The notes under the pieces: generated by a model
What the model was told of the DNA's origin: nothing
Seen by the model: only the letters and a program-made list of their open reading frames with translations
Database searches by the model: none
DNA from: a virus
Length of the DNA: 64,000 nucleotides
Strand: one strand, 5' to 3'
IMG/VR virus record: IMGVR_UViG_3300025164_000635
Location: 1 to 64,000 of that record
In this document: in pieces, positions 15,893 to 26,600 of the stretch
Layout: each line of letters opens with the position of its first letter
Position numbering within the stretch: position 1 is the first letter of the stretch
Program-made: the position numbers and the translations under genes

Positions 15893-18385
15893 TTACTCCA
15901 AGTCCATGAGAACGAATATAGGCGTTCCGTCATCGAGCTTCACGAATTGAAAGTCGTTACCACTGACGGTATACACAAATTGGCGGTATTTGCCCCCCAC
16001 TGCCCCACCAGGAATGTCGGCAGCCACCAATGATCGAAAGGTGGGCTTGGCCGATCCGCCACTGGACGGGCCAGCCAGGACAAGATTAGCAGTCTGCAGG
16101 TCAAGGTCAAGTTGCTGCCCGTTGAGCGCCATCAGTGAAGATTCTAAATCACCATGCAGTATCACCGGTGCATGATGTGGGCTGCTGTCTCCGATCGCTG
16201 TATGTTCTGCAGGTGTCATATAGCCGGGATGGGGATCCGCGGCCGCTTCGTGGTCATCCAGTTCGTCCTGTGTAGCGACATCAGTCGGCACCCATTTCGT
16301 GCCATCCCAGGAAGGTACATGTCCGGTGACTGTGGCAGTGGGCAGATGTCGAACTAGTATCCCATCCGAGATGTCCTTGGCGTGTCTTCCTGGATAAGCA
16401 CTGGTGTTCCAAGCCGACCGATCTCCGTGAATCGGGTTGATAAGCCCCAATCCTGTATATCGACTAAATTGGGATCCCAGGACTCTGGCCTCAGAGTCCT
16501 CGTCGACTTCCAGGTCAATGCCGTCTGTGTCTGCGACCATCCGGGACTGCATGAGGTAGGCTACCCCAGTCACCCGTATACCACGGGCGCCAAGCCCTTC
16601 TGCCGATATATGGTGACAGTTCACGACGTAGCTGGGTCCACCTGTAGGTTCCCAGGGTGGCTCTTGCCCACCAGGCGGCTCGCCCTCCCCGCCCCCGTCA
16701 CCCCCGCCCGCGACGGTCTTGGCCGATAGGACATTTGAGTAGTCCGAGAACCCGTAAACGGGATCGTAGGCAGATACCCGATACCAATAGGTTGTGTTGG
16801 GGTTGCACGTCAAATCTCGATACGTCCGCACATTGGAATCGACTGTGTTCAGCCAGTTGAAGTCGTTTCCATCTGTGCTGCGTTCTACCTGGAAGTAGTC
16901 CTCATTGAAGGTGTTGTCCTGCCAGTACAAGTCAATCCGATTGGAATCTGTGATGTGCGCCAGCGCGGTAATGAGTACGGGCGCTTGTGGCACAGGGCCA
17001 ATGTTGGAATAGGCCGATGACCCGACTGCATTGCGTGCCTTCACCCGATAATACCAATACAGCCCTCCCAGGGCACTATCTGTGAACTGGGTGACGTTGG
17101 CACTCACCGTTGCATAGAGTTCCCAGTCACCGGCCGCCGTTCGTCTCTCGATGGCAAAATCGACTTCGTTATTGGCGTTATCTGTCCAGGTCAAACGCCG
17201 GGTAGTCGATAGAATCTCGACATTCAGATTCGTGGGAACTGCCGGCAAGCCTATGGCGACCGTGATCGAAAGGGCCTGGTCGTCCGTCTGGGGCGTGTCC
17301 ATGGAGTCTGTGGCGCGGACCGTGAAGTTGGATGTTCCTGGGCTGCCCGTGGGTGTGCCCGAGATCTCGCCTGTTGCCTGTGTCAGGTTTAGGCCAGTGG
17401 GCAAAGAGCCTACCACGATACTCCAAGAGATCGGTTCCTTTCCGCCTGCATAGGCTAATGTTTGGCTGTAGGCTTCGTTCTGCTCAGCATCTCCCAGGGA
17501 GTCCGTCGTGACGATCAGATCGCCATAGATGGTGATCGAAAGAGCCTGATCATCGTAGAGGCCGCCTGTGGCTGTGCAGCGAACCGTGAAATAGGAGATG
17601 CGAGGGCCGGTCGTGGGTGTTCCCGAAATTTCGCCTGTGGATGAGTTCAGGTTGAGTCCGCCAGGAAGAGTACCCGCCGAGATGGACCAGGTGTAGGGTG
17701 TGACGCCGCCCGTCGCTTGAACGGTCTGACTGTAGGCCGTTTCAACGATACCATCTTCCAGGCTGGTTGTGGTGATGGTGGGCGGGGAACCTCCTAGCGT
17801 TCCTCCACCAAAATTATCAAGACGAAGATCGGGTCCACCTTGGCTGATGTAAAGAAGGAGATAGCCAGCGTTGTCGTATGTTGGATCTGTGTAGTTGAAG
17901 ACTTCAGCCCAGGACCCAGCTGGGGGCTTGTGATAAACCCTAATGAGATCTCCTATGACAGATAGTCCAACAGAGCTACCTGAAGTCAGGCCCGCAACTT
18001 GAACGTGAGTGAGATAATCAACACCACTGGGGGTGTAGCTCCAGAGACCAATGCTATCGTTGGGACTAGAGTTCCAAGCAAGGATGAAGTAGCCACTTGA
18101 AGTGGTGCCTGCATCTGGAGCAGAGGCCCGGAAGTACAGACGGAAATACTCCGTGTGGCCACCGATGCCATCCCAAGCCAGTGTGGGGACATCAACATAA
18201 GCCTCCAGATCGGGCCCATATTGAGTGTTCCAAACTGCCTGTCCGCCCGGTCCATCCTCTCCAACTTGACCGGAGATAACCTTGATGCCAGGCGCTCCGC
18301 TTGGTGTAGCCCATGAGGAACTCGGTGGTGGGCCCTCATTCGCCCGATTGAAATCATCCAGGATGGGAGTTTCCGGGAAGGCCAT
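15893..18385 (-). CDS. tail protein with two putative Ig (He_PIG-like) and two FN3 domains
   Basis: GG..PYTWS...G.LP.GL.L...TGEISGTPT twice; LTW.DN..NE..F.IER...Y.YRV.A twice; start probably MAFPET at 18385. Confidence 0.8.
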   Translation of the reverse strand: MAFPETPILDDFNRANEGPPPSSSWATPSGAPGIKVISGQVGEDGPGGQAVWNTQYGPDLEAYVDVPTLAWDGIGGHTEYFRLYFRASAPDAGTTSSGYFILAWNSSPNDSIGLWSYTPSGVDYLTHVQVAGLTSGSSVGLSVIGDLIRVYHKPPAGSWAEVFNYTDPTYDNAGYLLLYISQGGPDLRLDNFGGGTLGGSPPTITTTSLEDGIVETAYSQTVQATGGVTPYTWSISAGTLPGGLNLNSSTGEISGTPTTGPRISYFTVRCTATGGLYDDQALSITIYGDLIVTTDSLGDAEQNEAYSQTLAYAGGKEPISWSIVVGSLPTGLNLTQATGEISGTPTGSPGTSNFTVRATDSMDTPQTDDQALSITVAIGLPAVPTNLNVEILSTTRRLTWTDNANNEVDFAIERRTAAGDWELYATVSANVTQFTDSALGGLYWYYRVKARNAVGSSAYSNIGPVPQAPVLITALAHITDSNRIDLYWQDNTFNEDYFQVERSTDGNDFNWLNTVDSNVRTYRDLTCNPNTTYWYRVSAYDPVYGFSDYSNVLSAKTVAGGGDGGGEGEPPGGQEPPWEPTGGPSYVVNCHHISAEGLGARGIRVTGVAYLMQSRMVADTDGIDLEVDEDSEARVLGSQFSRYTGLGLINPIHGDRSAWNTSAYPGRHAKDISDGILVRHLPTATVTGHVPSWDGTKWVPTDVATQDELDDHEAAADPHPGYMTPAEHTAIGDSSPHHAPVILHGDLESSLMALNGQQLDLDLQTANLVLAGPSSGGSAKPTFRSLVAADIPGGAVGGKYRQFVYTVSGNDFQFVKLDDGTPIFVLMDLE

Positions 18386-19260
18386 CAGTCCTCTCCCGTC
18401 CAGATGCCATGATTCAGCACGGTGCCGCCCTTGACGCTTACTGGACAATCTGAGATGAGCGTACCAGGATAGTGACCGTTAATTCCGATGGCGTTTGCGC
18501 CGTTCGATACGAACTTCACCGAGAAGCCATGACAAACTGCGTCCAGCGCCATTGTGATGGCCGTCCCATTGAAGCCGGAGAAGTTCAGGTAAGCCTTCTT
18601 GGATAACCCGGTCAGGGCAACTCCTTCAGGGACGGTAATGCCGGCCGTCATTGTGATTTCCCTGGAAGGAAGCCGCACGGCGCTGCGTGGCAAAGCAGCC
18701 GCCAGGGCCGCCACCAGGCCCGCCTGGGTCGCATCGTAGCCCGTTCGAGTGCCGTCTTTGAACAGGACAATGTTATTTCGGGCAATCCCAGCCGCCATCT
18801 CGGAGATGTCCACTCCGTCGATTGTGATGCCTGGATCGACTCCCAGGTTTCCTTCCAGGTCACGACTACCGTCAATTTTAAGGAACTGGGGAGCTTGAGC
18901 ATCATGTAGTTGGCCCAGGTGATAGATGCTATCCAGTTCGTGCGGCTCCAAGCCCATCGCCACAGAGCCAGCCGGAACGACCGCTTGTGCTTGTGCATCG
19001 GCAGCCACACCGCTGTTTGAGACGACCAACATATTGCTTCCCGGAATCCGCTCAACAAACACCTCTGAGTTGTAGGCCACACTCACGCCAATCGGGACCC
19101 GGGCCCGCTCAACCGAGCCACCTGACACCCGTACCAAGCATGTCCCATCGATCGTATTAGCATCCAGGACACGTGCTCGCCAGGTACGGGTTTGCGATTG
19201 ATTCTCAATCGCACCCGAGAAGGCTGCTTTAGTGTCTGAGTGAGGCTGTCCGAGTGGCAT
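18385..19260 (-). CDS. minor tail protein (N-terminal OB-like, C-terminal beta-helix start)
   Basis: position between tail tip and fibre genes; FLKIDGSR, TIDGVDIS, ITVPEGVALTG patterns. Confidence 0.6.
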   Translation of the reverse strand: MPLGQPHSDTKAAFSGAIENQSQTRTWRARVLDANTIDGTCLVRVSGGSVERARVPIGVSVAYNSEVFVERIPGSNMLVVSNSGVAADAQAQAVVPAGSVAMGLEPHELDSIYHLGQLHDAQAPQFLKIDGSRDLEGNLGVDPGITIDGVDISEMAAGIARNNIVLFKDGTRTGYDATQAGLVAALAAALPRSAVRLPSREITMTAGITVPEGVALTGLSKKAYLNFSGFNGTAITMALDAVCHGFSVKFVSNGANAIGINGHYPGTLISDCPVSVKGGTVLNHGIWTGED

Positions 19261-19262
19261 CT

Positions 19263-22200
19263 TTAGATCTCGTGAACCGTGATGGTGCTGCCGGACACCA
19301 CGCTATCGTTGGCGGCCTTGTTGATTGTCCATTCGACTGCTTCGACTTGCCAGTTCCGGCCGTCGTAAGAGATTGAGTCCCCCATTTCCAAGAGCGGGTG
19401 GAACTGGGTTGAGATGCCCATGCGGGAGCGGGCGGCAATCAAATCCCGCAGCACATAGGCTTCCTCGGCGGCAATTTCCGGGTCGGTCATCAGATTCGGA
19501 TCATCCTTCTTGACGAAGAAGTGTCTCCACGTCCGATGTAGCCCAACGCTGTCGAATACATCCCGCTCTGTCCAGGCTCCCACCAGCCGATAGTGAGAGG
19601 GAACGAGCATATCGTTTTTGATATTAGACTTTCGGCCTCGGCCAAGAGGGATTGCCCAGTCTGGTGTCCAGCCGCCACCACTCGGGTCCTCAATAGGGAT
19701 TCGGCCAATCAGCACATGATCATTGAACCGGGCCAGGGGTACGCTCCGGGAAGCACCCACAATGCGGCCCAGGCCAGCCCCTACCCTCTCGCCTGGATCG
19801 ACCGAGAAGTAGGGCACCAGCCGGTGAAGTTCATCCACCCAGATGTTGTCCAGGGTGATCGCGTTGGCCCCATTGCCCGCGAAGCAAACCTTGTAGGCGG
19901 ACGATGCGGCATTGAAAAGAGGGGCCGAGCCGCACAGCACAAGGGTATCGTTCATGTAGACGGCCACGGTCAGCCAGTCAAGGACGTTGGCGGCATCCTT
20001 GTCCTTGGCAAACGATAGCCCTTCGTACCGTCGAGTGGTGACTGCAACCTTCAGTAGCCCGCGTCCCAACCCGTGCGGGACTTCCCGGACGAATGTGCCG
20101 GCTCCTGTATTGACCGCCAGATGAGTCTCGGTATCTGTCCACTTGACCTCAATAGGCCAAGCGCTGGCGGGATCACCGGCCGTCAGGCCGACCCGCCCAA
20201 AGTCTGAGAAGATTTCAGCCTGGAAGATGATTGGCAGCGGGAATGTGAGAATCGAGGCGATGGTGCCCGTGCCGGTATACTGGCCCAGAACCTCGGTCAT
20301 CGGGTTGATCACCGTCCATTTCGTGGTATCTACATCGGCAGTACACCGATCCTCCAGGGCTGCACGCCGATCCACAAGATGTTGGCCGGAGAAAGCGTAC
20401 AGCGCGTGAATGGCATCCTGGGCACTGTACACTGGCTGGCCGTCCGAGAAGTCCGCGTTGCCGAAGTAGATTCGCGGTGGGGTGACCTCTTTGGAAATGG
20501 AAACGTCGTCCACATAGTAGACCGTAGGAAGATCGGTTAACCAGAAGCCTCTCTTGTCCATAAACCAGACTTCACAATAGCTAATGTTCTTGGCCTGGTC
20601 TGTCTCAACGTTCCAAACCCACTCTTCCCACTGTGCCCGTGACTTAAACGTCGTCGTTGAGGACTTGACCTTTGAGCCATCTGTGTAGAACAGTCGTACT
20701 CGGACTTCAACCTGGGCGTCATCAGAAGTGTCCTCGTCGCCCGACTCGATCCAGACGTAGGCTTTGATCTGGAGTTTCAACCCCTGCCCTGTCAGGCCCG
20801 TCATCAGGTAATGAACGCCTGAGTTGTTTGAGTCGGGGTCAGTCGTCACCTTAATGCAGCGGGGTGACCGTCCTTCAGGGACCGCGGCTGTATTGATCAC
20901 GGTGGCGTTATTGTCGCTCAGCCAATTGGTCGTTGTCCCATCCTCGGCATCCCCGTTCACAGCTATGTCTAGCCTGTCGGACAAAGCAGAGTAGGCTAGG
21001 AAGCCGGCTGCCCCAATCGTGAAGGGACGCCCCATAGTGCCCCCTTCCATGGTGACACTGCGTGGGTTGTCTCCATCCATAAAATCATTGTCACCCATCC
21101 CGTAAGCCTCGGCCTCGAATAGTTGCTCAGGGGCACCGGCTTGTGTTGGGTCGGTCATCCAGAACACCTTAATGAGACTGTACTTCCAGACGATGATCAG
21201 CCGGGAAGAATAGTATTTGGGGTATGAGTTGTTGACGTTCCGAGTCGTGGTCGCTACGACTGTCTCGATGTTCGTCGTGACACCTTTGGTGCGTTTGACC
21301 AGCTCAAACGTAAAGATGTTGTTTGGCGGGGCAGCCGTCTCCTTTCCCGGCTTGTAACGAACAAACCACAGATTATCGTTGTCCTGGATACGAAAGCCCA
21401 AACCTGCATACTCTGTCCCAGAAGCAACCTGGGTTGGCTGTATCCCCAGGACACTCATGTTGACCTGGTTGATGGACTTATAGAATGAAATCTCAGCCGT
21501 CAGTGTCCCTAGGAAGGCACGGCTGATGAATGTAGTATAGGCAGCCCCTTCTTTCCCATTTGCTTCCATCGACAGGCCGCCAGTACTGCCCGTCCAGGAT
21601 CCGCCATGCAAGGCCGTATGCCCCAAGCCCGAGGCACCCAGAGTATCGTCTGTCGTCCTGGGAGCATAGTTGTCACCCCCGAAGGCCAAGCCTGGCCACT
21701 CAGTCGCGTCCGATGTACCGACCAAGCCGGGAAGATTGCTGGAGTCCCGCACCGCAATCGGAAGTCGGATGACGGGCAGGGAATGATCTTCATCGACACT
21801 GATGACATCCCCTTCCAGGACAGAAACCAAGCACTCCCCCACACTGGTCCAGAAGCCGGCCTTTATCTCAGCGCGTAACGCTCTCAGCGGAGAAGAGCCG
21901 AGAAGACGGCTCGGTTGGGTCAATACCTCCTCTGGATTGGAGAGGACGAGACTGATCTGACGAGAGGCCGTGATCTGGCCGCCCAGGCTCAGGACGTAAG
22001 GCGTCACATCTTCCACCAACTGATCGTCCGGGTCCGGGATAAAGGAGGTCGCGTTTGCTCTCTTGACACCCATCCCAGAACTATCAGCTTGGTACTCACC
22101 ACCGACGAGATACATGAATCGCCCGTTCCGCACGATCGGCATCGGGAAACAGGCATCCACATTCGCCTTAGTGCCGATGTCCATGTAAAAGATGGGGTTC

Positions 22201-23177
22201 TCCCAGTTGACCCCATCCAGACTTTTCGTGATGGCCTGCCCCACTACCCCACCGTACTCTTTGGCGTAAGTCATGAACACCTCGTCCCCATCGACATATC
22301 GGGACAGTTTCACGTTCTCGCGCACGATAGCTTTCTTGTTGTCGGCCACGTCAAACAGTCGGTGATCCGACCAGGTTTTGTTCACGTAATCGAACTTAAA
22401 CAGGACAATGCCCTGCACCCTCTGCTCAACGGCAACCATCTTGGTGCCGCTCACGGTGTAGTCTGTGATCGGCGGCAAGTCGGTCACCATCGCAATGATG
22501 TCGTACCCCTTACTGGGTAACCGCACGGCGTCAAAGCTGCGTACCTGGTATGGCCAAAGAATCTCGCTCCACGACCAGATGTACTCGTTGGTCCCACCGG
22601 TCGAGTCTACATACCCCAGACGCCAATTCCCATTGTTTGTGACAGCAATCACGTGCATCTGGTGATCGTCCACAACGGCAGTCTTCTTGAGCATGCCCGT
22701 ATAGGGCGTCATGCCCTGAACGATGTCGGTTGTGGAAGAGATGAGGGAGCCGTTCTGGAAGCGCTTGACGTAGAGAAATGCGCCCGCCACTTCTGTATGC
22801 ACAATGTCCGTGATGGCGGGCGAAGCGAGACTCTGTGCTGCGGACACGCCAAACACGCCAAACGACTCGGTGTACGAGCCAGCATTTTGCCAAGTCTGAT
22901 CGCCTGAATCTTCCAGGCTCAGCCGGCGCAATCTCAGAATGGTGTTGTCGGTCGGGTCTGCAAATGCGGCAACGATGTTGCTCACCCCCGAGTACAGCCC
23001 AATCGCGGCATCGAAATCAGATAAAGAGGTCGTGTAGAAGTGGGGCCGGTTGCTCCAGTTGGGCGCGTAAGGCTTCAGGGTGACTTTCAGGGATGGGGCT
23101 GCGTGCGCGTCATCCACCGCCGCAAGCAATGCAGTGTACTGGGCAGCCGTCAATCCGCTTTCCGCCTGCGAGATCAT
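19263..23177 (-). CDS. large tail tip/baseplate-hub-like protein with a carbohydrate-binding insert
   Basis: 1304 aa downstream of the tape measure and distal-tail-like genes; NGDAEDG...W and YYVDDVSI (CBM-like); C-terminal HPLLEMGD. Confidence 0.65.
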   Translation of the reverse strand: MISQAESGLTAAQYTALLAAVDDAHAAPSLKVTLKPYAPNWSNRPHFYTTSLSDFDAAIGLYSGVSNIVAAFADPTDNTILRLRRLSLEDSGDQTWQNAGSYTESFGVFGVSAAQSLASPAITDIVHTEVAGAFLYVKRFQNGSLISSTTDIVQGMTPYTGMLKKTAVVDDHQMHVIAVTNNGNWRLGYVDSTGGTNEYIWSWSEILWPYQVRSFDAVRLPSKGYDIIAMVTDLPPITDYTVSGTKMVAVEQRVQGIVLFKFDYVNKTWSDHRLFDVADNKKAIVRENVKLSRYVDGDEVFMTYAKEYGGVVGQAITKSLDGVNWENPIFYMDIGTKANVDACFPMPIVRNGRFMYLVGGEYQADSSGMGVKRANATSFIPDPDDQLVEDVTPYVLSLGGQITASRQISLVLSNPEEVLTQPSRLLGSSPLRALRAEIKAGFWTSVGECLVSVLEGDVISVDEDHSLPVIRLPIAVRDSSNLPGLVGTSDATEWPGLAFGGDNYAPRTTDDTLGASGLGHTALHGGSWTGSTGGLSMEANGKEGAAYTTFISRAFLGTLTAEISFYKSINQVNMSVLGIQPTQVASGTEYAGLGFRIQDNDNLWFVRYKPGKETAAPPNNIFTFELVKRTKGVTTNIETVVATTTRNVNNSYPKYYSSRLIIVWKYSLIKVFWMTDPTQAGAPEQLFEAEAYGMGDNDFMDGDNPRSVTMEGGTMGRPFTIGAAGFLAYSALSDRLDIAVNGDAEDGTTTNWLSDNNATVINTAAVPEGRSPRCIKVTTDPDSNNSGVHYLMTGLTGQGLKLQIKAYVWIESGDEDTSDDAQVEVRVRLFYTDGSKVKSSTTTFKSRAQWEEWVWNVETDQAKNISYCEVWFMDKRGFWLTDLPTVYYVDDVSISKEVTPPRIYFGNADFSDGQPVYSAQDAIHALYAFSGQHLVDRRAALEDRCTADVDTTKWTVINPMTEVLGQYTGTGTIASILTFPLPIIFQAEIFSDFGRVGLTAGDPASAWPIEVKWTDTETHLAVNTGAGTFVREVPHGLGRGLLKVAVTTRRYEGLSFAKDKDAANVLDWLTVAVYMNDTLVLCGSAPLFNAASSAYKVCFAGNGANAITLDNIWVDELHRLVPYFSVDPGERVGAGLGRIVGASRSVPLARFNDHVLIGRIPIEDPSGGGWTPDWAIPLGRGRKSNIKNDMLVPSHYRLVGAWTERDVFDSVGLHRTWRHFFVKKDDPNLMTDPEIAAEEAYVLRDLIAARSRMGISTQFHPLLEMGDSISYDGRNWQVEAVEWTINKAANDSVVSGSTITVHEI

Positions 23178-23611
23178 GTAAGGGTGTCCTCCATGACCCG
23201 GATCGTGACTGTCCAGTATTCCTGGGCCGGGGTGAGTTGTCGAATAGGAGGCTCAATGACCATCAGACACCGGTAGCCATTCCCGGCATCTCGATTGACC
23301 GGGAAAGTGGGAGCGTCGTCGTGCAGGATGGGCATGTAGTAGCAGGTCTCGCCGGACAGGGCAATCAAGGCGTCCTTCTCGGCGGGCGTGGCAGTCACCT
23401 GCATGATGGCATCCCGGAACGTTACAATGTCTCCAGCGTTCCTCAAGCGATGGACATGCAATGCACCCGTCAGACTGCGTTCCTGGGAGACGGCTGCGGT
23501 CAAGCGTTCCTCGGGTCCGGGCTGGGCCACATGGTACATCGTTGAGTCATGTACCGGTTCATCGTCACTGTCCAGGAAGAGGTGTATGTGGTTGTGGATG
23601 ATACTAGCCAC
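23174..23611 (-). CDS. distal tail protein-like
   Basis: small gene directly after the tape measure gene; synteny only. Confidence 0.45.
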   Translation of the reverse strand: MASIIHNHIHLFLDSDDEPVHDSTMYHVAQPGPEERLTAAVSQERSLTGALHVHRLRNAGDIVTFRDAIMQVTATPAEKDALIALSGETCYYMPILHDDAPTFPVNRDAGNGYRCLMVIEPPIRQLTPAQEYWTVTIRVMEDTLT

Positions 23612-26600
23612 TCGTCAACTCCTGAACAGCCCGATTTACATTTGCGACGACCGCCTCAGTCAATCGCTCGAAGGCACGGAAAACAGTATCGTGTCCCTTG
23701 AAGTAGGGCTGGTGGGCGCTGCCCAGCGCCCCACTGATGTCTAGCACGATCGCGTTCAGTGAGTTTGCCAGCTTCCCGTTCGGGTCCTTGATGTCTTCTG
23801 AGAAACGATCGAACCGATAGCTCATGGCCGAGGTCAGGACGCCTATCTGATCCTGAAGGCGAATGACTTCCGCTGTGTGCAGCATGGTCTTGATCAGCGA
23901 GACGGCCTGGGCTGCACTCTCAATCTCGAACTGCTTCTTCCGGTCCTCGAAGGCTTTGACCTGCAGGCCATTGGTGATGCTAAAGTGCTTGACCGATTCG
24001 TCATGGCGAAGTTTCGCCATCTTCTGGTCTTCCTCAAACTGCTTGGCGCGTAAGCCGAACTGCTCTTCGTCCAGCTTGCCCTGCTCAAGCAATCGTTCCA
24101 AGGCACGCGCCAGATCCTCTTCAGCCCATTCCCGGCGTGTGTCGATACGATCCTTCTCTTTGCCGAAGTCCTCTTCGGCCCAGCCCCGACGTTCTTCGAG
24201 CCGGTTGCGTTCCCGGTTGAAATCTTCTTGGGCCCACTGCTGTCGTTCTTCTAAGCGTTCCCCTTCCCGGCCCAACTGCTCAACCTGCATCCCATATCCA
24301 ACGACGCCGCGTTCCCGCTGTCGGGACAACTGCCTTCTTTCCCGGCCCGTGGCGTAGCGCATGGCCGTGTCAATGTCCTCCATCTGCCAGCCGAAGGAGA
24401 GAGCTTGCTGCGACCCCTGGAAGGCCAGGTTCTCACGCTGCCATCCAAATTGAGTCTGTCCACGTTGGAAGTTGGTCGTCAGGTCTTGCAAGCTCTGGGT
24501 GAAGCGCGTCATGCTGCGCTCGAAATTCACCGTCAGATCCTGCTCCTGCCAGCCCAACCCAGTCATCTGCCGCTGGTACTGCCGTTGAACGTCCTCTTCG
24601 GTGCGGCCCCGCTGTATGCCGGATACTCTCCTCTGCTGCTCCAAATTCTCGTAGAACTGCCGATAGCCCAGGCCAGCGGCTCCCATGCGTTCCAGGTCAG
24701 CATACTCACCGCCCATCCCCTGGAAGGCATCGGCGCCCCGGCCCAGCCAGCCGTAGTTCATCGTCCCGGCCTGCAACTGGAATTGGCGTCTCTGCGCCCG
24801 GGCGCCTTCCCCAAGTTGCGCCTGCTCAATGTTGAAGCCGCCTGTGAAGTCGTAGCCGCCGATCTGACCGCCCAGCTGGTAGACCTGTTGCCGCCCCAGT
24901 TGCGCCAACTGTTGCTGGTACTGGAACTGCTGATAGGCGCGGTCGGCCATGCGTGCCTGTGATTGCGCCTGAACCAGATTCATGCCCGTGTCGATAGGGG
25001 CTGTCGTCCGGCCGTACAGCCGTTGGCCCATTGCCCAATCGGACGGGGCGAACATGGAGACATCCGTCGTCCCGGCCCTCTGAAGCGTTTCCGGCTCAAC
25101 CTGAATCAGTGATCGGAAGTCTGGTTGCGTAGTCGGGATGGCTCTCTGGATGACCTGCTGTACCTGTCCCATTTGGGCAGCGATGGCTTGCCCGGCCCCG
25201 AAGATGCCTCTTTGCCCACCGACCGCTGCGGCCCGGATGGCTGTTTCCGGGAAGAGGAAGCTCGCCCCTTGCTGCATGAGAGAGCGATCCCTATCTCTCT
25301 GCTCTCTTGCCTCCTGAGTAATGTTCTGCTGCGCCAGTGTCATGTCCTGCATCCGGGTTGCTTCGGCTCGAAGGTTCTGGGCAAACTGGGCCTGCTGCAA
25401 CTGCGGCTGCATCCCCTGAAGGCGGGTCGCTTCCCGGCTGATGGCAACCGGGTCGAGCGATCCAACCCGGGTGAGCATGGTTCTCTGCTCAGGAGACAGG
25501 TTGGTGATCAGGTCGGGTGTCAGGGCTGGCAGTTGGACGCCATACTGCTGCGCTAAGCCGCCGATAGGACTGATCTGGCCGAGATTGAACTGGGCCCTGA
25601 GTTGCTGTTGTGGGGTGAGCGAAATCGCCTGCTGAATTGTTCCAGCAAAGCCGGCCCCGCCCCATTCCATGCCGGCCGCTCTTGCCATGCCCACGCCGAG
25701 CCCCATGCGCTGCTGTTGGAGCTCAGGCGGCAAGAGCATCAATTGCTGCATCGCCTTGATGGACTCAGGCCGCATCATCGTCTGCAAGTCCATCCCAGTT
25801 GCCTGAGCCAGCAAGGCGCCCACCTTGACACCTGTGCCCGCTTCCATCGGCTGCCGGATCGCTTCCATGCGGGCTTCAAGTTCTTTGCCGAACCGGGAGT
25901 AGTCGGCAAATTTCTTCATCTGCTCGGCAGCTTCCTGAGTGGCCTTGGACCCTTCTCGGCTCGACCCTTCGGCCCGTTCTGCCCACATCGCGCCCGTGCG
26001 TTGTGCATCCTTCCAGACATCTGCGCTTTGTGAGAGACTTGCCACCAGGAGACGTGCACCCGTGTCGATTCCACCGAGAAGCTGGTTGACGATCTGACCA
26101 GCGGTTATCCCCTGTTGCCGGCCAATCGTCTCATCGTAGATGGCGCCACCGAGCGCAATCCCACCTGTCAGAGGCCCTGTAATAGCGCCTCCACCGGCAA
26201 GACGAGCGCCGAGAAGAGCACGGGTGCCCAGGATGCCGGCTCCCGTCCCAGCAACTCGCCCTATGGAAGCGCCCGTCTCGCCTCCTTGTGCCTCTCCAAT
26301 GTTTGCTCCAGCCTCTCCCAAGAGCTCGCCGCCCAGCAGTCCTATGCCAAGGGCACCTCCCACAAGGCCACCCCCTACACCAGCCCCCCGTAGCGCCAAT
26401 CGCCCCAGGGCACGTCCTTCCAGGGCATACATTCCTCTCAGGGCCGCTGTCTCACCAAGTCCACGCACACCACGTGCCAAGCCGCCTGCACGACCCACCA
26501 CCCCACCTGCGATATTCTCGGCCAGGCCCGTCATGGGCCGACCCAAAACACCAAGACCCGCCATACTTGCAAGGCGACCGCCACCGGCCAGAGCAAAAAG

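Noticed and set aside
13531-18385. Diversity-generating retroelement acting on tail fibres
   Set aside because: No reverse transcriptase in the window; the internal repeats differ at synonymous positions rather than specifically at adenines.
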